Shown: positions 38,450 through 49,788, counted from the stretch's first letter. The stretch is DNA of 64,000 nt from Candidatus Latescibacterota bacterium (GCA_963667175.2 CAXXXF010000007.1:64001-128000), one strand, 5' to 3'. Numbers and translations are program-made. The notes: a model not told the origin generated them from the sequence alone.

Positions 38450-39319
38450 ATGCTCAATATAGGAATCGTCGGCGCGGAGAACAGCCACACCGTCGCCATC
38501 TCGAAAACGCTGAACATCGACAAAAAAGTACCGGGCTGCCGCGTCACCCACGTCTGGGGTGAAGCCGCCCGGTACGCCAAAGACGCCCAGGATCGGGGAC
38601 AGATTCCGAATATCGTCGAGAGCCCCGAAGATATGATCGGTCACGTGGACGCCGCGTGCGTGGACCACCGCGACGCGAAATACCACCTGCCCGCGGTCTG
38701 GCCGCTCATAGAGGCCGGAATTCCCGTCTTTGTCGACAAACCGTTCTGCTACCGCGTCTCGGAGGGCAGGCGATTCCTCGATCGTGCGGCGGAGCTCGGG
38801 GTCCCGGTCTGCTCCTTTTCGGTGCTGCCCAGACAAGCGTCCTTCAGTCAGCTCAAGCAGGACATCGCCGGGCTGGGTCGGGTTGTCTCCGTGATCACAA
38901 CCGGCCCGTGCGACGTCGAATCCGAGTGGGGCGGCGTCTTCTTCTACGGCATCCACCAGGTGGATATGGCCGTGCGCCTGCTCGACAACGACGTCACCCA
39001 TGCACAGGTCAACCTGGGTGACAAGAACCATACCGGCACTTTGTATTCGTCCAGCGGCGCCGTCTCCACGCTCAATCTCTTCACCGAGGGACACAGCGCC
39101 TTCCATGTGTCGGTCATCTGCGAAAAGGGGCGGGGCGACCGTGCGATCGGGTACGACGAAAACCCATACCTCGGCGGCGCAGAGGCCTTCTGCGACATGT
39201 TCAAGACCGGGGTTACCGACGAGACGCGCGAATCGATGCTCATGCCGGTTGCCGTCCTGGAAGCGCTGGAGAGATCCATCGGGGAGAAAAAGAAAATCGC
39301 GGTGCCGTCCATCGGGTAG
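38450..39319 (+). CDS. Gfo/Idh/MocA-like oxidoreductase (short)
   Basis: IGIVGAENSH, VFVDKP and FFYGIH motifs; GGAGG RBS. Confidence 0.85.
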   Translation: MLNIGIVGAENSHTVAISKTLNIDKKVPGCRVTHVWGEAARYAKDAQDRGQIPNIVESPEDMIGHVDAACVDHRDAKYHLPAVWPLIEAGIPVFVDKPFCYRVSEGRRFLDRAAELGVPVCSFSVLPRQASFSQLKQDIAGLGRVVSVITTGPCDVESEWGGVFFYGIHQVDMAVRLLDNDVTHAQVNLGDKNHTGTLYSSSGAVSTLNLFTEGHSAFHVSVICEKGRGDRAIGYDENPYLGGAEAFCDMFKTGVTDETRESMLMPVAVLEALERSIGEKKKIAVPSIG

Positions 39320-39398
39320 CGACACGCGGGCGGGACCCGTCGTGAAACACCCGAACGCAATCTGCGTGCGGGTCCAGTCCCCCGGTCATGGAATGGAT

Positions 39399-40442
39399 TC
39401 AGCTGCCGATGGCTTCGCTCAACACCCTCAGGTGGTTCTCGCCGAGGATCTTTCGTACATCGACCTCCGAATAACCCCTCGCCAGCAGTCCCTCGGTAAT
39501 TCGGGAAAATGACGTCGCGTCGTCCAGCAGCGTGCCGCCGCCGTCGAAATCCGAACCGATGCCCACGTGGTCCACGCCCGCCAGCTGTACGGTATGGTCC
39601 ACGTGGTCGAGGAGGCGCGGCAGCGTGGGCCTTGTCGAATCCACGAAACGCGGCACGAACGTCACGCCCATCGACCCGCCGTTCTTCGCCAGCGCCCTGA
39701 TCTGTTCGTTGCTCAGGTTTCTCGGGTGGTCGCACAACGCCTTGCAGTTGCTGTGCGAAGCGATCACCGGGTTTCGTGCCACCTCCATCACGTCCCAGAA
39801 CCCGGCCTCGCTGACGTGGGAGACGTCCACCAGCATGCCGAGGGCGTTCATCTGCTCCACGAGACGCACGCCGAAGCGGGTCAGTCCGCCGCGGGTGCGC
39901 GCCTCGGCATTTCCGTCCGCGGCCAGACTGCTGACATCGTGCGTCAGGCCGATCGAACGGACGCCGATCCGGTGCAGCATGCGCAGCACGTTCACGCTTC
40001 CCTCCACCCCGTCGCTGTTCTCGATCGCCAGCACGACCGCCAGTTTGCCTTCCTGTTTTGCGCGCACAATGTCTCCGGCGGATTTCGCCAGGACCACGTC
40101 GCCTCCGTGCGCATCCAGTTCGGAGTCGAAGAATCCAACGGCGTCGAGCGCGTAGGTCAGATGGTTCTTGACTGCCAGGGTGACGTCGACCGCAAAAAAG
40201 GCAGCGTCCAGCCCCCCCTCGCGCATCTTGACGAAATCGATCTGAACCGGTGCTTCCATGGCCTCCCGATCCAGACGGCCTCTGAAATAGGCGACGGTTC
40301 CGTTCCGGCGATCCCCGTCCGTTGGCGGATTGCCCGAAAACCCCAGATTCCCCCGGCGAATGTGATTGACAATCGCGTCGTTGTGTGAATCGATCACCAG
40401 TGCGTCCCGATGAAATGGGACCGCATCGCTCCCGTCAGCCAT
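39399..40442 (-). CDS. Membrane dipeptidase (M19)
   Basis: IDSHND, AIEN, VDVSH, ASHSN, HPRN and GSDFDG motifs. Confidence 0.93.
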   Translation of the reverse strand: MADGSDAVPFHRDALVIDSHNDAIVNHIRRGNLGFSGNPPTDGDRRNGTVAYFRGRLDREAMEAPVQIDFVKMREGGLDAAFFAVDVTLAVKNHLTYALDAVGFFDSELDAHGGDVVLAKSAGDIVRAKQEGKLAVVLAIENSDGVEGSVNVLRMLHRIGVRSIGLTHDVSSLAADGNAEARTRGGLTRFGVRLVEQMNALGMLVDVSHVSEAGFWDVMEVARNPVIASHSNCKALCDHPRNLSNEQIRALAKNGGSMGVTFVPRFVDSTRPTLPRLLDHVDHTVQLAGVDHVGIGSDFDGGGTLLDDATSFSRITEGLLARGYSEVDVRKILGENHLRVLSEAIGS

Positions 40443-40509
40443 CGAGCGTTCTCCTCTTTAACTCCGGATTCGGTTTCCTGCCGGTAGCCTGACCGCCCCG
40501 TTCATTTCG

Positions 40510-41265
40510 CTATCGCTTCCAGAACGGACTCGCCGCATCGGAAAACGTGACCCGGCCGAAGTCATCCGGCGCGTGGAACTGCGGCTCGGGCGTCCGGCTG
40601 GCGGACCACTGGCTGAACTGCGCGTTGGTTCTGCCGCCCAGCCGGTTCAGGTTCAGGTGCCACACGTCGCCCGGCGCGGGCGGCGTGTTCTTCGCGACGC
40701 CGGCGAAATTCTCGAACGGAATGGCCGCCTCGAGGACCCAGTACGAATCGGTATCCGTGTCGTCGTTCAACGTGCCCGAGATAAACGTCGAAACCTGAAG
40801 TCCCTGCGCCCGCCATCCCGTATCGACGACTTCGCCGGCGCCCCTGGGATTGAACCGGTCCAGAAAGATGCTCAGCACATTCATCTCGATGTTGAAATAG
40901 ACGTGCGGCAGGTCCGGATCCGGCGCCGTAAACACCTCCACGCAGTCGTCGTCGTACACGTCGCTGTTGCGCTCGGTGTGGTCCGCCCAGACGTGGGCGT
41001 CTTCGCAAATGTACGACACGTACAAATGCGTGTCGTCCCAGAGCATCTTTGCCACCGTCTGCTCCTGTTTGCCGTCGCTGTACCACGGGAAGACGAACGC
41101 CCCCACGTCGGGCGCAGCCACCCACGCCGGCTCGTCCAGCCGACCGTCTACCGCAATCGCGGTCCCCGCCCGGTAGATGGTATAGCTAGGCCGACCTCCG
41201 GCAAATGCAGAATCCACCGTCAACAATACCACGACAAACGCGAGACACGCCAGCAGATATTCCAT
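40510..41265 (-). CDS. Secreted CBM9-like carbohydrate-binding protein
   Basis: Signal peptide; VDGRLDEPAW, DDCVEVF, WVLEAAIP and FHAPDDFG motifs. Confidence 0.85.
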   Translation of the reverse strand: MEYLLACLAFVVVLLTVDSAFAGGRPSYTIYRAGTAIAVDGRLDEPAWVAAPDVGAFVFPWYSDGKQEQTVAKMLWDDTHLYVSYICEDAHVWADHTERNSDVYDDDCVEVFTAPDPDLPHVYFNIEMNVLSIFLDRFNPRGAGEVVDTGWRAQGLQVSTFISGTLNDDTDTDSYWVLEAAIPFENFAGVAKNTPPAPGDVWHLNLNRLGGRTNAQFSQWSASRTPEPQFHAPDDFGRVTFSDAASPFWKR

Positions 41266-41289
41266 TGACCGACCTCCTGTTATGGAAGC

Positions 41290-42072
41290 TCATTTTGAAG
41301 CCGTTTTCTCACACAACACGCGAAGAAACGCGGCATCCGCCATCAGCGCGGCCTCGGGGTCGTCGTCCCTGACGAACTCGACCTCCAGAAATCCGTCGAA
41401 ACCCGCCGCCGAGAGTTCCCCGACGACCGCGGGATAGTCCACGTAACCCGCCGAGATCAGGCTGCGTGCGTTCCGTCCGGGAGCGGTATAGTTCTGCGCG
41501 TGCACCGTGGCCACCCGAGGCCCGACCTGCCGCGCCATCGAGATCACCCGATCGGCGCTGTCCGTAACCATCGGTTGGAAATTCAGCAGAAAATTGGGCC
41601 GGTCCACGCCTTCGACCAGGCGCAGGCTGCCCCAGGTCGTGTCGGACAGGTACCCCAGATGCATCTCCACGGCCAGACGCATCCCCCAATCCGCCGCCCT
41701 GTCTGCGAAATGGCGGAATCCCCGGATCGCCGTCCGCCAGTCCTCATCCGTCGCTTCCGCCGAGCCGCAGGACCCGGCCCACACACGAATTGTTTCCGTC
41801 CCCAGATCCGATGCGGTGTCCAACCCTTCCGACATCTCACGCGCAAAATCCACGGCGACCGGATTGACGTAGGACCCGTATTGCGACACCTCCAGCCCTC
41901 TCCCCCGAATCGCCGCGGCAATGCGCCGGTTGGCCAACGCGCGATAGCTGCCGGGCATGTGGTCCGGCTTTCCCCACGGTTCGACGCCGTCGAAACCGGC
42001 CCGGACCGCGAGATCCAGGACGTCTTCGAACGGCCTGTCTTTAAAGGCAATGGTACACAGTGCAGTCTTCAT
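41290..42072 (-). CDS. Sugar-phosphate isomerase/epimerase-like TIM barrel
   Basis: GFDGVEPWG, IRVWAG, AVEMH and LEVEF motifs. Confidence 0.85.
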   Translation of the reverse strand: MKTALCTIAFKDRPFEDVLDLAVRAGFDGVEPWGKPDHMPGSYRALANRRIAAAIRGRGLEVSQYGSYVNPVAVDFAREMSEGLDTASDLGTETIRVWAGSCGSAEATDEDWRTAIRGFRHFADRAADWGMRLAVEMHLGYLSDTTWGSLRLVEGVDRPNFLLNFQPMVTDSADRVISMARQVGPRVATVHAQNYTAPGRNARSLISAGYVDYPAVVGELSAAGFDGFLEVEFVRDDDPEAALMADAAFLRVLCEKTASK

Positions 42073-42098
42073 TGTCGGCCCTCCACCGAAATCGGACT

Positions 42099-42308
42099 AT
42101 AATACCCCGGCCGCCGACCGATGTCAATCCGAATGGAAGTCTCCCGATGCCGGTTGCCGGTTCCGGTGGAGGCGAAGATTCGTCCGCCGCGTTCGCGGAC
42201 GTTCCTTCACCCCGGGCGGGGAACAAAGGACCGCGGAAGTGCCCGCGAGACACCGGGCCTATGTAAATTCACGATCCTGTTGACAGGACTCCGGACCTTT
42301 TGTACTTT
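42099..42308. promoter_or_regulatory. Divergent sigma70-type promoters
   Basis: Minus strand TTGACA-17-TATTAT (42127-42099); plus strand TTGACA-17-TACTTT (42280-42308). Confidence 0.6.
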
Positions 42309-42481
42309 AGCGGCATGACGCGAAATCAGGGCTCCTATACCGGTCCGCTCTTCCTTCAGTCTGACAGGAATCAGGATCCAGGGAGTCCGTTACCGGCGCA
42401 CCAAGCGGCTCCGCTCCAGGCAGTATGCGATAATCCGGATTTCATGCTGAACTGGAATGATCGATTCAGGAAGGGAAGGAA

Positions 42482-43321
42482 ATGAACCGGTTTAAATTCG
42501 GTATTCTGGAAGACGTTCTTCAGTCGGACTGGGTGGATGTGTTTCCGAAAGCGAAAGCGCTCGGCTACGACGGCGTCGAACTGGGCATTCGGGGCAACAC
42601 CTATCGCGCGTCAGACCTCTGGATGGAGGAGGGTATCGAAGCCCTGGGGCAGCGCGCCGAATCCGCGGGCATACCCATATTCTCCCTCTGCCTGCACACG
42701 TTCTGGCAGTATTCCTTTGCAGACCCGGACGTCGCGAACCGCTTTATGGCCAAACAGATTGCGTTTCACGCCATTCATGCATGCAAGGCACTGGGCATCG
42801 GCGCCATACTCATCCCCGTCACCAATCCGCTGGCATTGCCCGCTGACGAAGCCGCTCATCGCTGGGCGTACGAGAGCAGGGCCGTTGCCGCGCAAGCGGC
42901 CGGAATGGGCATTAGCATCGGCCTGGAAAACGTGGGGCGCAGCCACGTCGTTACCGGTGAACAGATGCGGGAACTGATCGAGGCGGTGGACAATCCGTTC
43001 GTAGGGGCCTACTTCGACGTCGGCAACGCGCAGATGCTCGGCAGCGACTCGGTCGCCGATATCCACTGCCTGGGCGACCGGATCGTACAGGTCCACGTCA
43101 AAGACCCGCGAAAGGACCGGACGCCCTGTTACGTCGGCGAAGGCGACGTCGACCTGAAGGGTTGCCTGAAAGCGCTGGCCGAGGTGGAGTACCGCGGCCC
43201 GCTCGTCTTTGAAACGCCGCCGTTGGAAGACGCGGTATCCACCGCGGAACGCAACTTGAGAACCCTGAAATCCCTGGTCGAATCGGCGGGCTCGGAATCC
43301 GACGGGAACGCGAATTCTTAG
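42482..43321 (+). CDS. Sugar-phosphate isomerase/epimerase (UlaE-like TIM barrel)
   Basis: GYDGVEL, GLENV, YFDVGN, VHVKD and VFET motifs. Confidence 0.87.
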   Translation: MNRFKFGILEDVLQSDWVDVFPKAKALGYDGVELGIRGNTYRASDLWMEEGIEALGQRAESAGIPIFSLCLHTFWQYSFADPDVANRFMAKQIAFHAIHACKALGIGAILIPVTNPLALPADEAAHRWAYESRAVAAQAAGMGISIGLENVGRSHVVTGEQMRELIEAVDNPFVGAYFDVGNAQMLGSDSVADIHCLGDRIVQVHVKDPRKDRTPCYVGEGDVDLKGCLKALAEVEYRGPLVFETPPLEDAVSTAERNLRTLKSLVESAGSESDGNANS

Positions 43322-43364
43322 ACGGGCGCGTGAAAACGGCGCGTTCCAATGCATGCGTACGAAA

Positions 43365-43400
43365 AAATCCCGCGACAGCGTCGCCGTTCGCGGGATTTCT
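43365..43400. terminator. Bidirectional terminator hairpin
   Basis: aaatcccgcga/tcgcgggattt inverted repeat between convergent genes. Confidence 0.7.
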
Positions 43401-43417
43401 CTATTCTTGCCGCGGTA

Positions 43418-44191
43418 CTACATTGACTGATTCCGTTTCCTGAACGCGTATGCCAATCCATGCAACACGAGATCGGGTGCGGAATCGTGCGACGATTTCA
43501 GGTAAGGCGAAAGGAACGTCGCGTCGCCGCCGGTGAGGAGGACACGTGGCGCCGGGTCCGCAGCGGCAATCAGTTCTTCGACCACACGGTCCACGGCGCC
43601 GGCCGCTCCGAATACCACCCCCGCCCGTATGCATTCCCGCGTATCCCGCCCCAGCGCCGATGGCGGCGCTTCGAGCTTCACCTCCGGCAGCAAACTGGTC
43701 CCGGATGCAAGCGCATTCGCCATGGCCCTCAGGCCCGGCGCGATCGTGCCGCCCTGGAAGCACCCTCCGACTGAGACCAGGTCGACTGTAAGAGCGGTTC
43801 CGGCATCGACCACAATGACGGAATTGCCGACCAGCCTGAACGCCGCCCCGGCCGCCAGGAGCCGGTCGACGCCCACGTCCTCGGGCCGGGGTACCGCGAT
43901 ATCGATGCCGAAATCGGTTCCGGAGTCGGCCACGATCAGATCACGCCCCGTCGACGACAGGACCGCCCGGCTCATCACGCGTGTCATGCCCCGAACCACC
44001 GACGACGCGATCGCCCCGTCCAGCGCCCGGATTTCGATGCCCGCCCGTTCAAATTCGGCGTCGAGGCGTGACGTGTAGTCCGCACTGCGGCGCCCGGGAT
44101 CCGTATCCATGAACCAGCGAGTCCGCATGCCGCTGCCGTCGAATACGGCGCAGCCGATACTGGAATTCCCGATGTCTAACGCGAGAAACAC
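43418..44191 (-). CDS. coaX: Type III pantothenate kinase
   Basis: LDIGNS, SSVV, GVDR, DAGTA and LTGG motifs. Confidence 0.95.
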   Translation of the reverse strand: MFLALDIGNSSIGCAVFDGSGMRTRWFMDTDPGRRSADYTSRLDAEFERAGIEIRALDGAIASSVVRGMTRVMSRAVLSSTGRDLIVADSGTDFGIDIAVPRPEDVGVDRLLAAGAAFRLVGNSVIVVDAGTALTVDLVSVGGCFQGGTIAPGLRAMANALASGTSLLPEVKLEAPPSALGRDTRECIRAGVVFGAAGAVDRVVEELIAAADPAPRVLLTGGDATFLSPYLKSSHDSAPDLVLHGLAYAFRKRNQSM

Positions 44192-44264
44192 TCGAAACCC
44201 CGGTATTGGGCATCCGGCCCGGAAGCCATGCGCTTACAGGCGGGAATTCACCTGCCGTGTCTGG

Positions 44265-45299
44265 CTAACCCGTTGCTTCGCCGCCCACGTCGCCCATCGT
44301 GACCCTCGTGGTCCCGCCATCGACGCCACCTACCAGCAGAGCGCCGTCGGCGCCCACGTCCTCCGCCACGCCGCTGACCGGCCCCGCGGCCGTCATCACG
44401 CGAACCGGCCTGCCCAGCATCCGGGCTTTGCGTTTCCACGAGGCCCTGATCCTCTCGGCGTCGAGGCCGTTATATGTCTGCTCCAGCGCCAGGAAGATTT
44501 CCGCCAGGAGTCTCGTCCGACCGTGTACCCGGCCCGTGCCGCACCGAAGTGACGTCGCGGTATCCTGCAGACCGGCGGGAAAATCCGACGCTTCGTGGTT
44601 GACATTGATGCCGACCCCGAGAACGGCGAAACGCAGTCCTCCGACGCCGACCCTCGCCTCCGTAAGGATGCCCGCCAGCTTGCGGCCGTTCAGGTAAAGG
44701 TCGTTCGGCCAGCGGACCTCTGGGCATGCGCCGGTGGAAGCCTCGACGGCGGCGCCAATCCCGGCGGCGGCGCCAAGCGTAAGCATCCAGGCGCGTGAAA
44801 TTTCCAGATCGTAACGGAGAATGAGTGAGAACCAGAGTCCCACCCCGGGCGGCGAAAACCACGCTCTGCCGAGTCTCCCGCGTCCGGCGGTCTGATGTTC
44901 CGCGACAACCGCCGTGCCGTGCCGTGCGCCGGCGAGAGCGGCCCGCGTGGCGAGCGCATTCGTGGATTCCAACTCCAGGAAGCAAACAGGAGAACGACCC
45001 ATCGCACGTGTCCTCAGGCGTCGGAGAAGGTCGGACCGGACGATGACGTCCGCGTCCGTGTCCAGGCGAAACCCTGCATCCGGTCGATCCGATACCGAAT
45101 ACCCGAGGCGCCGGATCGCGTCGATGGCGACGCGGATATCGTCGGGCTTGCAAGACAGCCTTTCGGCCAGACTTTCGACCGGCGCCCGCCGGGCCCGTTG
45201 TCCGTCAAGCGCTTCGAGTACGCGATAGGCAACGGTGGTCGCGACACCCCCGTTGCACGGGGATGTTCCCGCGGAAGAATCAGGACGTTTTTCGATCAT
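44265..45299 (-). CDS. birA: Biotin--[acetyl-CoA carboxylase] ligase with N-terminal HTH
   Basis: STN, QTAGRGRLGRAW, RWPND, KLAGILTE and GVGINV motifs. Confidence 0.95.
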   Translation of the reverse strand: MIEKRPDSSAGTSPCNGGVATTVAYRVLEALDGQRARRAPVESLAERLSCKPDDIRVAIDAIRRLGYSVSDRPDAGFRLDTDADVIVRSDLLRRLRTRAMGRSPVCFLELESTNALATRAALAGARHGTAVVAEHQTAGRGRLGRAWFSPPGVGLWFSLILRYDLEISRAWMLTLGAAAGIGAAVEASTGACPEVRWPNDLYLNGRKLAGILTEARVGVGGLRFAVLGVGINVNHEASDFPAGLQDTATSLRCGTGRVHGRTRLLAEIFLALEQTYNGLDAERIRASWKRKARMLGRPVRVMTAAGPVSGVAEDVGADGALLVGGVDGGTTRVTMGDVGGEATG

Positions 45300-46159
45300 T
45301 GGAACAGCAGGCTCATATCCATTGAAGGCGCCGAATGCGTCAACGCGCCCACCGAGATCAGGTCAACGCCGGTCTCAGCCAGGGTTCGAACGGTTTCGAG
45401 TGTGACGTTGCCGGATGCTTCAAGAAGGGGGCCATCCGGCCCGAAGGCCTTCGCAGTTGCCACCGCGTGGCGAGTGGTGTCCAGATCCATATTGTCCAGC
45501 AACACCCGGTCCACGCCCGAAGCCAGCGCGTCGTCCAGTTCGCGAAGCGTTTTCACCTCCACTTCGATCATCACCGTCCTCCCGGACCGGGCCATCGCCG
45601 ACCTCACCGCGGCCACCGCCGGCCCGATGCCGTCCGCCGCCTCAATATGGTTTTCCTTGAGAAGCACCATATCGTGGAGTCCCAGCCGGTGGTTCGATCC
45701 ACCCCCCGCGACCACCGCGTACTTGTCCAGCATCCGAAGTCCGGGGGCCGTTTTCCGGGTATCCAGAATCCGCACGCCGGTCCCGCTGACGGCGGACACG
45801 TAGGCTGCCGTCGCCGTTGCGATTCCGCACATCCGCTGCAGAAAATTCAGCGCCGTCCGTTCGGCCGTGAGAATGCCCCGGGCGGGGCCCTCGACGTCCG
45901 CCACGACGTCCCCGCTGTCAACGCGCGCGCCGTCCTCGATCCGCGGCGCGAACCGGATTCGTGAATCGACCCGCTGAAATACCCGCTCCGCCACAGCCAG
46001 GCCCGCGACCACGCCCGCCGACCTCGCAATCAGCAATGCCCGCGCCTGAACCGCCTCGCGCACCGTCCATGCGGTCGAAATGTCGCCGCTGCCGACGTCT
46101 TCCCGGATCGCCGCGTCCACGACACGGTCGATGCCGTCCCATTCCGTCAGGTTCGCCAT
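45296..46159 (-). CDS. nadC: Quinolinate phosphoribosyltransferase
   Basis: ERTALN, DTRKT, HRLGL, KENH, LLDN, EASG and GALTHS motifs. Confidence 0.96.
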   Translation of the reverse strand: MANLTEWDGIDRVVDAAIREDVGSGDISTAWTVREAVQARALLIARSAGVVAGLAVAERVFQRVDSRIRFAPRIEDGARVDSGDVVADVEGPARGILTAERTALNFLQRMCGIATATAAYVSAVSGTGVRILDTRKTAPGLRMLDKYAVVAGGGSNHRLGLHDMVLLKENHIEAADGIGPAVAAVRSAMARSGRTVMIEVEVKTLRELDDALASGVDRVLLDNMDLDTTRHAVATAKAFGPDGPLLEASGNVTLETVRTLAETGVDLISVGALTHSAPSMDMSLLFQ

Positions 46160-46163
46160 GCCA

Positions 46164-48179
46164 TCAAGCCTGTGCGGCGCCGTCCGAGACTCCTTTCAAG
46201 CCGGCTTTCAGCCTGGAAATCTCGTCCCGGTATTCCGCCGCCCGTTCGAATGCCAGTTCCGCGGCGGCCCTGGCCATCTTTTCTTCGAGATCGGAGATGA
46301 CGTCGACCAGATTGGCGCCGGCCTCGTACCCGGACGTCTCTTCCGCCGCAAGCGGCGCCTCCTCCTGCCTGGCGTCGGCGACCGCCGTGGCCTGCAGGAT
46401 CTCGTCCCTGCTCTTGTAGACCGTCTGCGGCGCGACCCCGTGCCGCTCGTTGTACGCCTGTTGCACCTGACGCCTGCGGTTGGTTTCCTCGATCGCCCGC
46501 CTCATGGAATCCGTAATTTCGTCCGCGTATAAGACGACCTTGCCGGCCAGGTTTCTGGCCGCCCGGCCCGCCGTCTGAATCAGGGAACGCGTCGAGCGCA
46601 GGAAGCCTTCTTTATCCGCATCCAAAATCGCGACCAGGGACACCTCCGGCAGATCCAGCCCCTCCCGCAGCAGATTCACGCCCACCAGAACGTCGAATTC
46701 ACCCAGCCGCAATCCTCGCACGATCTCAACGCGCTCCAGTGAGTCGATTTCCGAATGCATGTAGCGGGCGCGGATCCCAAGGTCACGCATGTATTCGGCC
46801 AGGTCCTCCGACATTCTCTTGGTCAGCGCGGTTACGAGCACCCGTTCCTTCCGGCCGACCCGCTCCCGGACCTCGTCGATCAGATCGTCCACCTGCCCGC
46901 GGACCGGACGCACCAGCATCTCGGGGTCCAGAACGCCGGTAGGCCTTATGATCTGCTCGACGACAATGCCCTCCGACCTTTCCAGTTCGTAGTCCGCGGG
47001 CGTGGCGGACATAAAGATCGCCGTCTGCATCTTGCCTTCGAATTCCTCGAAATAGAGCGGGCGGTTATCCAGCGCGGCAGGCAGCCTGAATCCGTGTTCG
47101 ACCAGCGTCGTCTTTCGCGATCGATCGGCGTTCCACATCCCCCGGACCTGCGGCAGCGTCACATGCGACTCGTCGATCACAATCAGAAATTCCTCAGGAA
47201 AATAATCAAGCAGCACGTGAGGCGGTTGACCGGGTTCCCGCCCGTCGATATATCTCGAATAATTCTCGATTCCGGCGCAGTAGCCGATCTCTCGCATCAT
47301 CTCGATATCGTACCGGGTGCGCGTCTCCAGCCGCTGGGCTTCCAGCAGTTTTCCCTGGTTCTTGAATGCTTCCAGTTGCGCGGCCATGTCAACCTCGATC
47401 TGCACGATCGCCCGTTCGATCCGCTCGCCGCTGGTCACGAAGTGCCGCGCCGGGTAAATCGCCGCCCGTTCTTGCGTCTCCAGCACCTCGCCGGTCACCG
47501 GCTGCACCAGACTGATCGCATCCACGTCGTCTCCGAAAAACTCGACGCGCACCGGATCGTCCCGTTCGGGCCGATAGATCTCGACCACGTCCCCGCGCAC
47601 CCTGAAGGCGCCCGGGCCGAAGTCCACGTCGTTCCGCGTATAGTGAATATCCACCAGCCGGCGAAGCAGTTCGTCCCGGTCCAGCCTGTCGCCCCGGTCG
47701 ATCATGACGTGCATACCCTCGTATTCTTCGGGATTGCCGATGCCGTAGATACAGGATACGCTGGCCACGATAATCACGTCCTGTCGTTCCATCAACGCGC
47801 TTGTCGCACGCAGGCGAAGCCGGTTGATCTCGTCGTTGATATCCGATTCCTTTTCGATGAACGTATCGGTGACCGGCTTATATGCCTCCGGCTGATAATA
47901 GTCGTAATAGGAAATGAAATATTCCACGGCATTGTCGGGAAAGAACGTCTTGAATTCGCCGTAGAGCTGAGCTGCCAGCGTTTTGTTGTGCGAGATCACC
48001 AGGGTCGGCATCTGAACCGCCTCGATAACCTTCGAAATCGTAAAGGTCTTGCCGGTGCCGGTCGCCCCCATGAGCGTCTGAAAACGGTCGCCTCTCCGGA
48101 CACCCTCGCCCAATTCGTCGATGGCCTCCGGCTGGTCGCCCGCCGGTTCAAACGGCGCCTGAACCCGGAATCTCGTCAT
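46164..48179 (-). CDS. uvrB: Excinuclease ABC subunit B
   Basis: [31 protein letters not shown] and C-terminal UVR domain. Confidence 0.98.
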   Translation of the reverse strand: MTRFRVQAPFEPAGDQPEAIDELGEGVRRGDRFQTLMGATGTGKTFTISKVIEAVQMPTLVISHNKTLAAQLYGEFKTFFPDNAVEYFISYYDYYQPEAYKPVTDTFIEKESDINDEINRLRLRATSALMERQDVIIVASVSCIYGIGNPEEYEGMHVMIDRGDRLDRDELLRRLVDIHYTRNDVDFGPGAFRVRGDVVEIYRPERDDPVRVEFFGDDVDAISLVQPVTGEVLETQERAAIYPARHFVTSGERIERAIVQIEVDMAAQLEAFKNQGKLLEAQRLETRTRYDIEMMREIGYCAGIENYSRYIDGREPGQPPHVLLDYFPEEFLIVIDESHVTLPQVRGMWNADRSRKTTLVEHGFRLPAALDNRPLYFEEFEGKMQTAIFMSATPADYELERSEGIVVEQIIRPTGVLDPEMLVRPVRGQVDDLIDEVRERVGRKERVLVTALTKRMSEDLAEYMRDLGIRARYMHSEIDSLERVEIVRGLRLGEFDVLVGVNLLREGLDLPEVSLVAILDADKEGFLRSTRSLIQTAGRAARNLAGKVVLYADEITDSMRRAIEETNRRRQVQQAYNERHGVAPQTVYKSRDEILQATAVADARQEEAPLAAEETSGYEAGANLVDVISDLEEKMARAAAELAFERAAEYRDEISRLKAGLKGVSDGAAQA

Positions 48180-48687
48180 CGTCGTCCTCGTGATCGTCTT
48201 ACCGCCGAAGAACAGTGACCAAATGTATAGATAATTTAGACATGGAACGATGCAAAAGCAAGAACTATGCGCAGCTTGCCGGTCCGTCGACGAGGTCGGA
48301 ATCTGACCGCCTGCACGCGGCGGTCTGACCCGCGGCGGATGGTCAACTCCGGCATCGGCCACGAAAAAACGGATTTTGCCGATTAATGTGCTTTTTTTTG
48401 GCGTGCAATCTGCTTAAATTTCATTGTAGAAAGGCGCGACCAAACCTCCTCGGGCAGCCCTGGCGGGTGAGCTCCGAGGAAGCCAACTCTACCAGATTCC
48501 GGCACCCAACGCATTCTGGTTCGCCTGGGCGACCTTCTGGCAGGATACCGGAGTCTACTCGCCCTGACCATCGATTACCGAACGCCCGGTGCGCCGGGGC
48601 CGGACGGATGTACAATGGGCCGTAACCGCGAGTCCGCTATCGATGAGGAAAGTCACGCTTCCGGGACCCGACCCGCGAGTCCGTACC

Positions 48688-49635
48688 ATGACCTCCGTGC
48701 GCCACAGGCCGCTCGCGGCCGCCCTTCTCGCAGTCTTCGCCTGTCATATTCCCGGCAATGTGATCGCGGGGGCCTGGACGCTGCCCGGGAATCACGTCTG
48801 GTGCAAGGTCGCCTTCCTGGGTCAGACCACCCACGAAGAATACGTGGGCGCCGCCGGATCGGGAAGAGGTCCGGATCTCGGAAGGGTGTACAGCGAAGGA
48901 AACCGCGCCAGGTATCGATTTGACGGCAGATACCGTTCCCGCGCCCTGTTCTTCGACCTGTTCTACGGTACGACGGACAGAGTGGACGTGGGAATACAGG
49001 TGCCCTTTTTCCGTCAGGAATATCAGGACGCCGCCCTCCTTACCGGCTTCGGCGAACCCCGGAGAGCAACCGGTTTCGGAGATATCCGCGGATTCCTGAA
49101 AGTCAAGCTGTTGAACCGGCCCGCCGTGGGCTCGTTCAAGGTGGGTTTCAAGGCGCCGACCGGCGAATTCGTAAACGAAGACGGGCTGATTCCCGTCGGG
49201 GAAGGACAGTGGGACTTCGACGCTGTCGTTCAATTGGGCCGGTCCTTCTGGCCGGTTCCGGCATACGTCAGTTCGGACGTCGGTTACCGGCTTCGCCGCA
49301 GGAACGGTGAAATCGACCGCGATCCCGGCGACGAATGGTTCTTCATGGCCGAAGGCGGCTACGCGGTGCGCCGGTTCGCGCTGATCGGAATCAAGATCCA
49401 TGGCATCCGGGGCAAGGCTGCTACCGTCTTTGGCGCGAGAATCCAGTCCGACGTCAAGAGAATTACTTATGTGTCTCCGCAAATTAACCTTGGGCCTTTT
49501 CGCGGGTTCAGCGTGGAAACTGCCGTAAACGTCTCCGTCGCCGGCAGGAACTATCCGGCCGGCTGGATGACGGTCCTCGGCCTTTCCTATACTGGAAAAC
49601 CATTTCCGCGGAACCACGGTACCGTCGCGAGATGA
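48688..49635 (+). CDS. Hypothetical secreted/outer-membrane beta-barrel protein
   Basis: Signal peptide ending AGAW; GFGDI, KAPTG and GEGQWD motifs; alternating beta-strand pattern. Confidence 0.7.
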   Translation: MTSVRHRPLAAALLAVFACHIPGNVIAGAWTLPGNHVWCKVAFLGQTTHEEYVGAAGSGRGPDLGRVYSEGNRARYRFDGRYRSRALFFDLFYGTTDRVDVGIQVPFFRQEYQDAALLTGFGEPRRATGFGDIRGFLKVKLLNRPAVGSFKVGFKAPTGEFVNEDGLIPVGEGQWDFDAVVQLGRSFWPVPAYVSSDVGYRLRRRNGEIDRDPGDEWFFMAEGGYAVRRFALIGIKIHGIRGKAATVFGARIQSDVKRITYVSPQINLGPFRGFSVETAVNVSVAGRNYPAGWMTVLGLSYTGKPFPRNHGTVAR

Positions 49636-49788
49636 ACGGTCCCGATCCGGTACGTGCCGGGCATCCGGAATTCGTACCCCTGCGCTTTCGACAGCGCACG
49701 GTAACGCGCGGGCCGACGGTGCAAACGGCCGCACGGGAGCGCGCGTCCGTTGTATCGCATCCGGATCCCGGAGAAAGTAGGGGATGAG

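Noticed and set aside
42315-42480. Riboswitch in the ~165-nt leader of the epimerase
   Set aside because: Only a possible anti-SD pairing (tcttccttc/gaagggaagga); no known aptamer motif.
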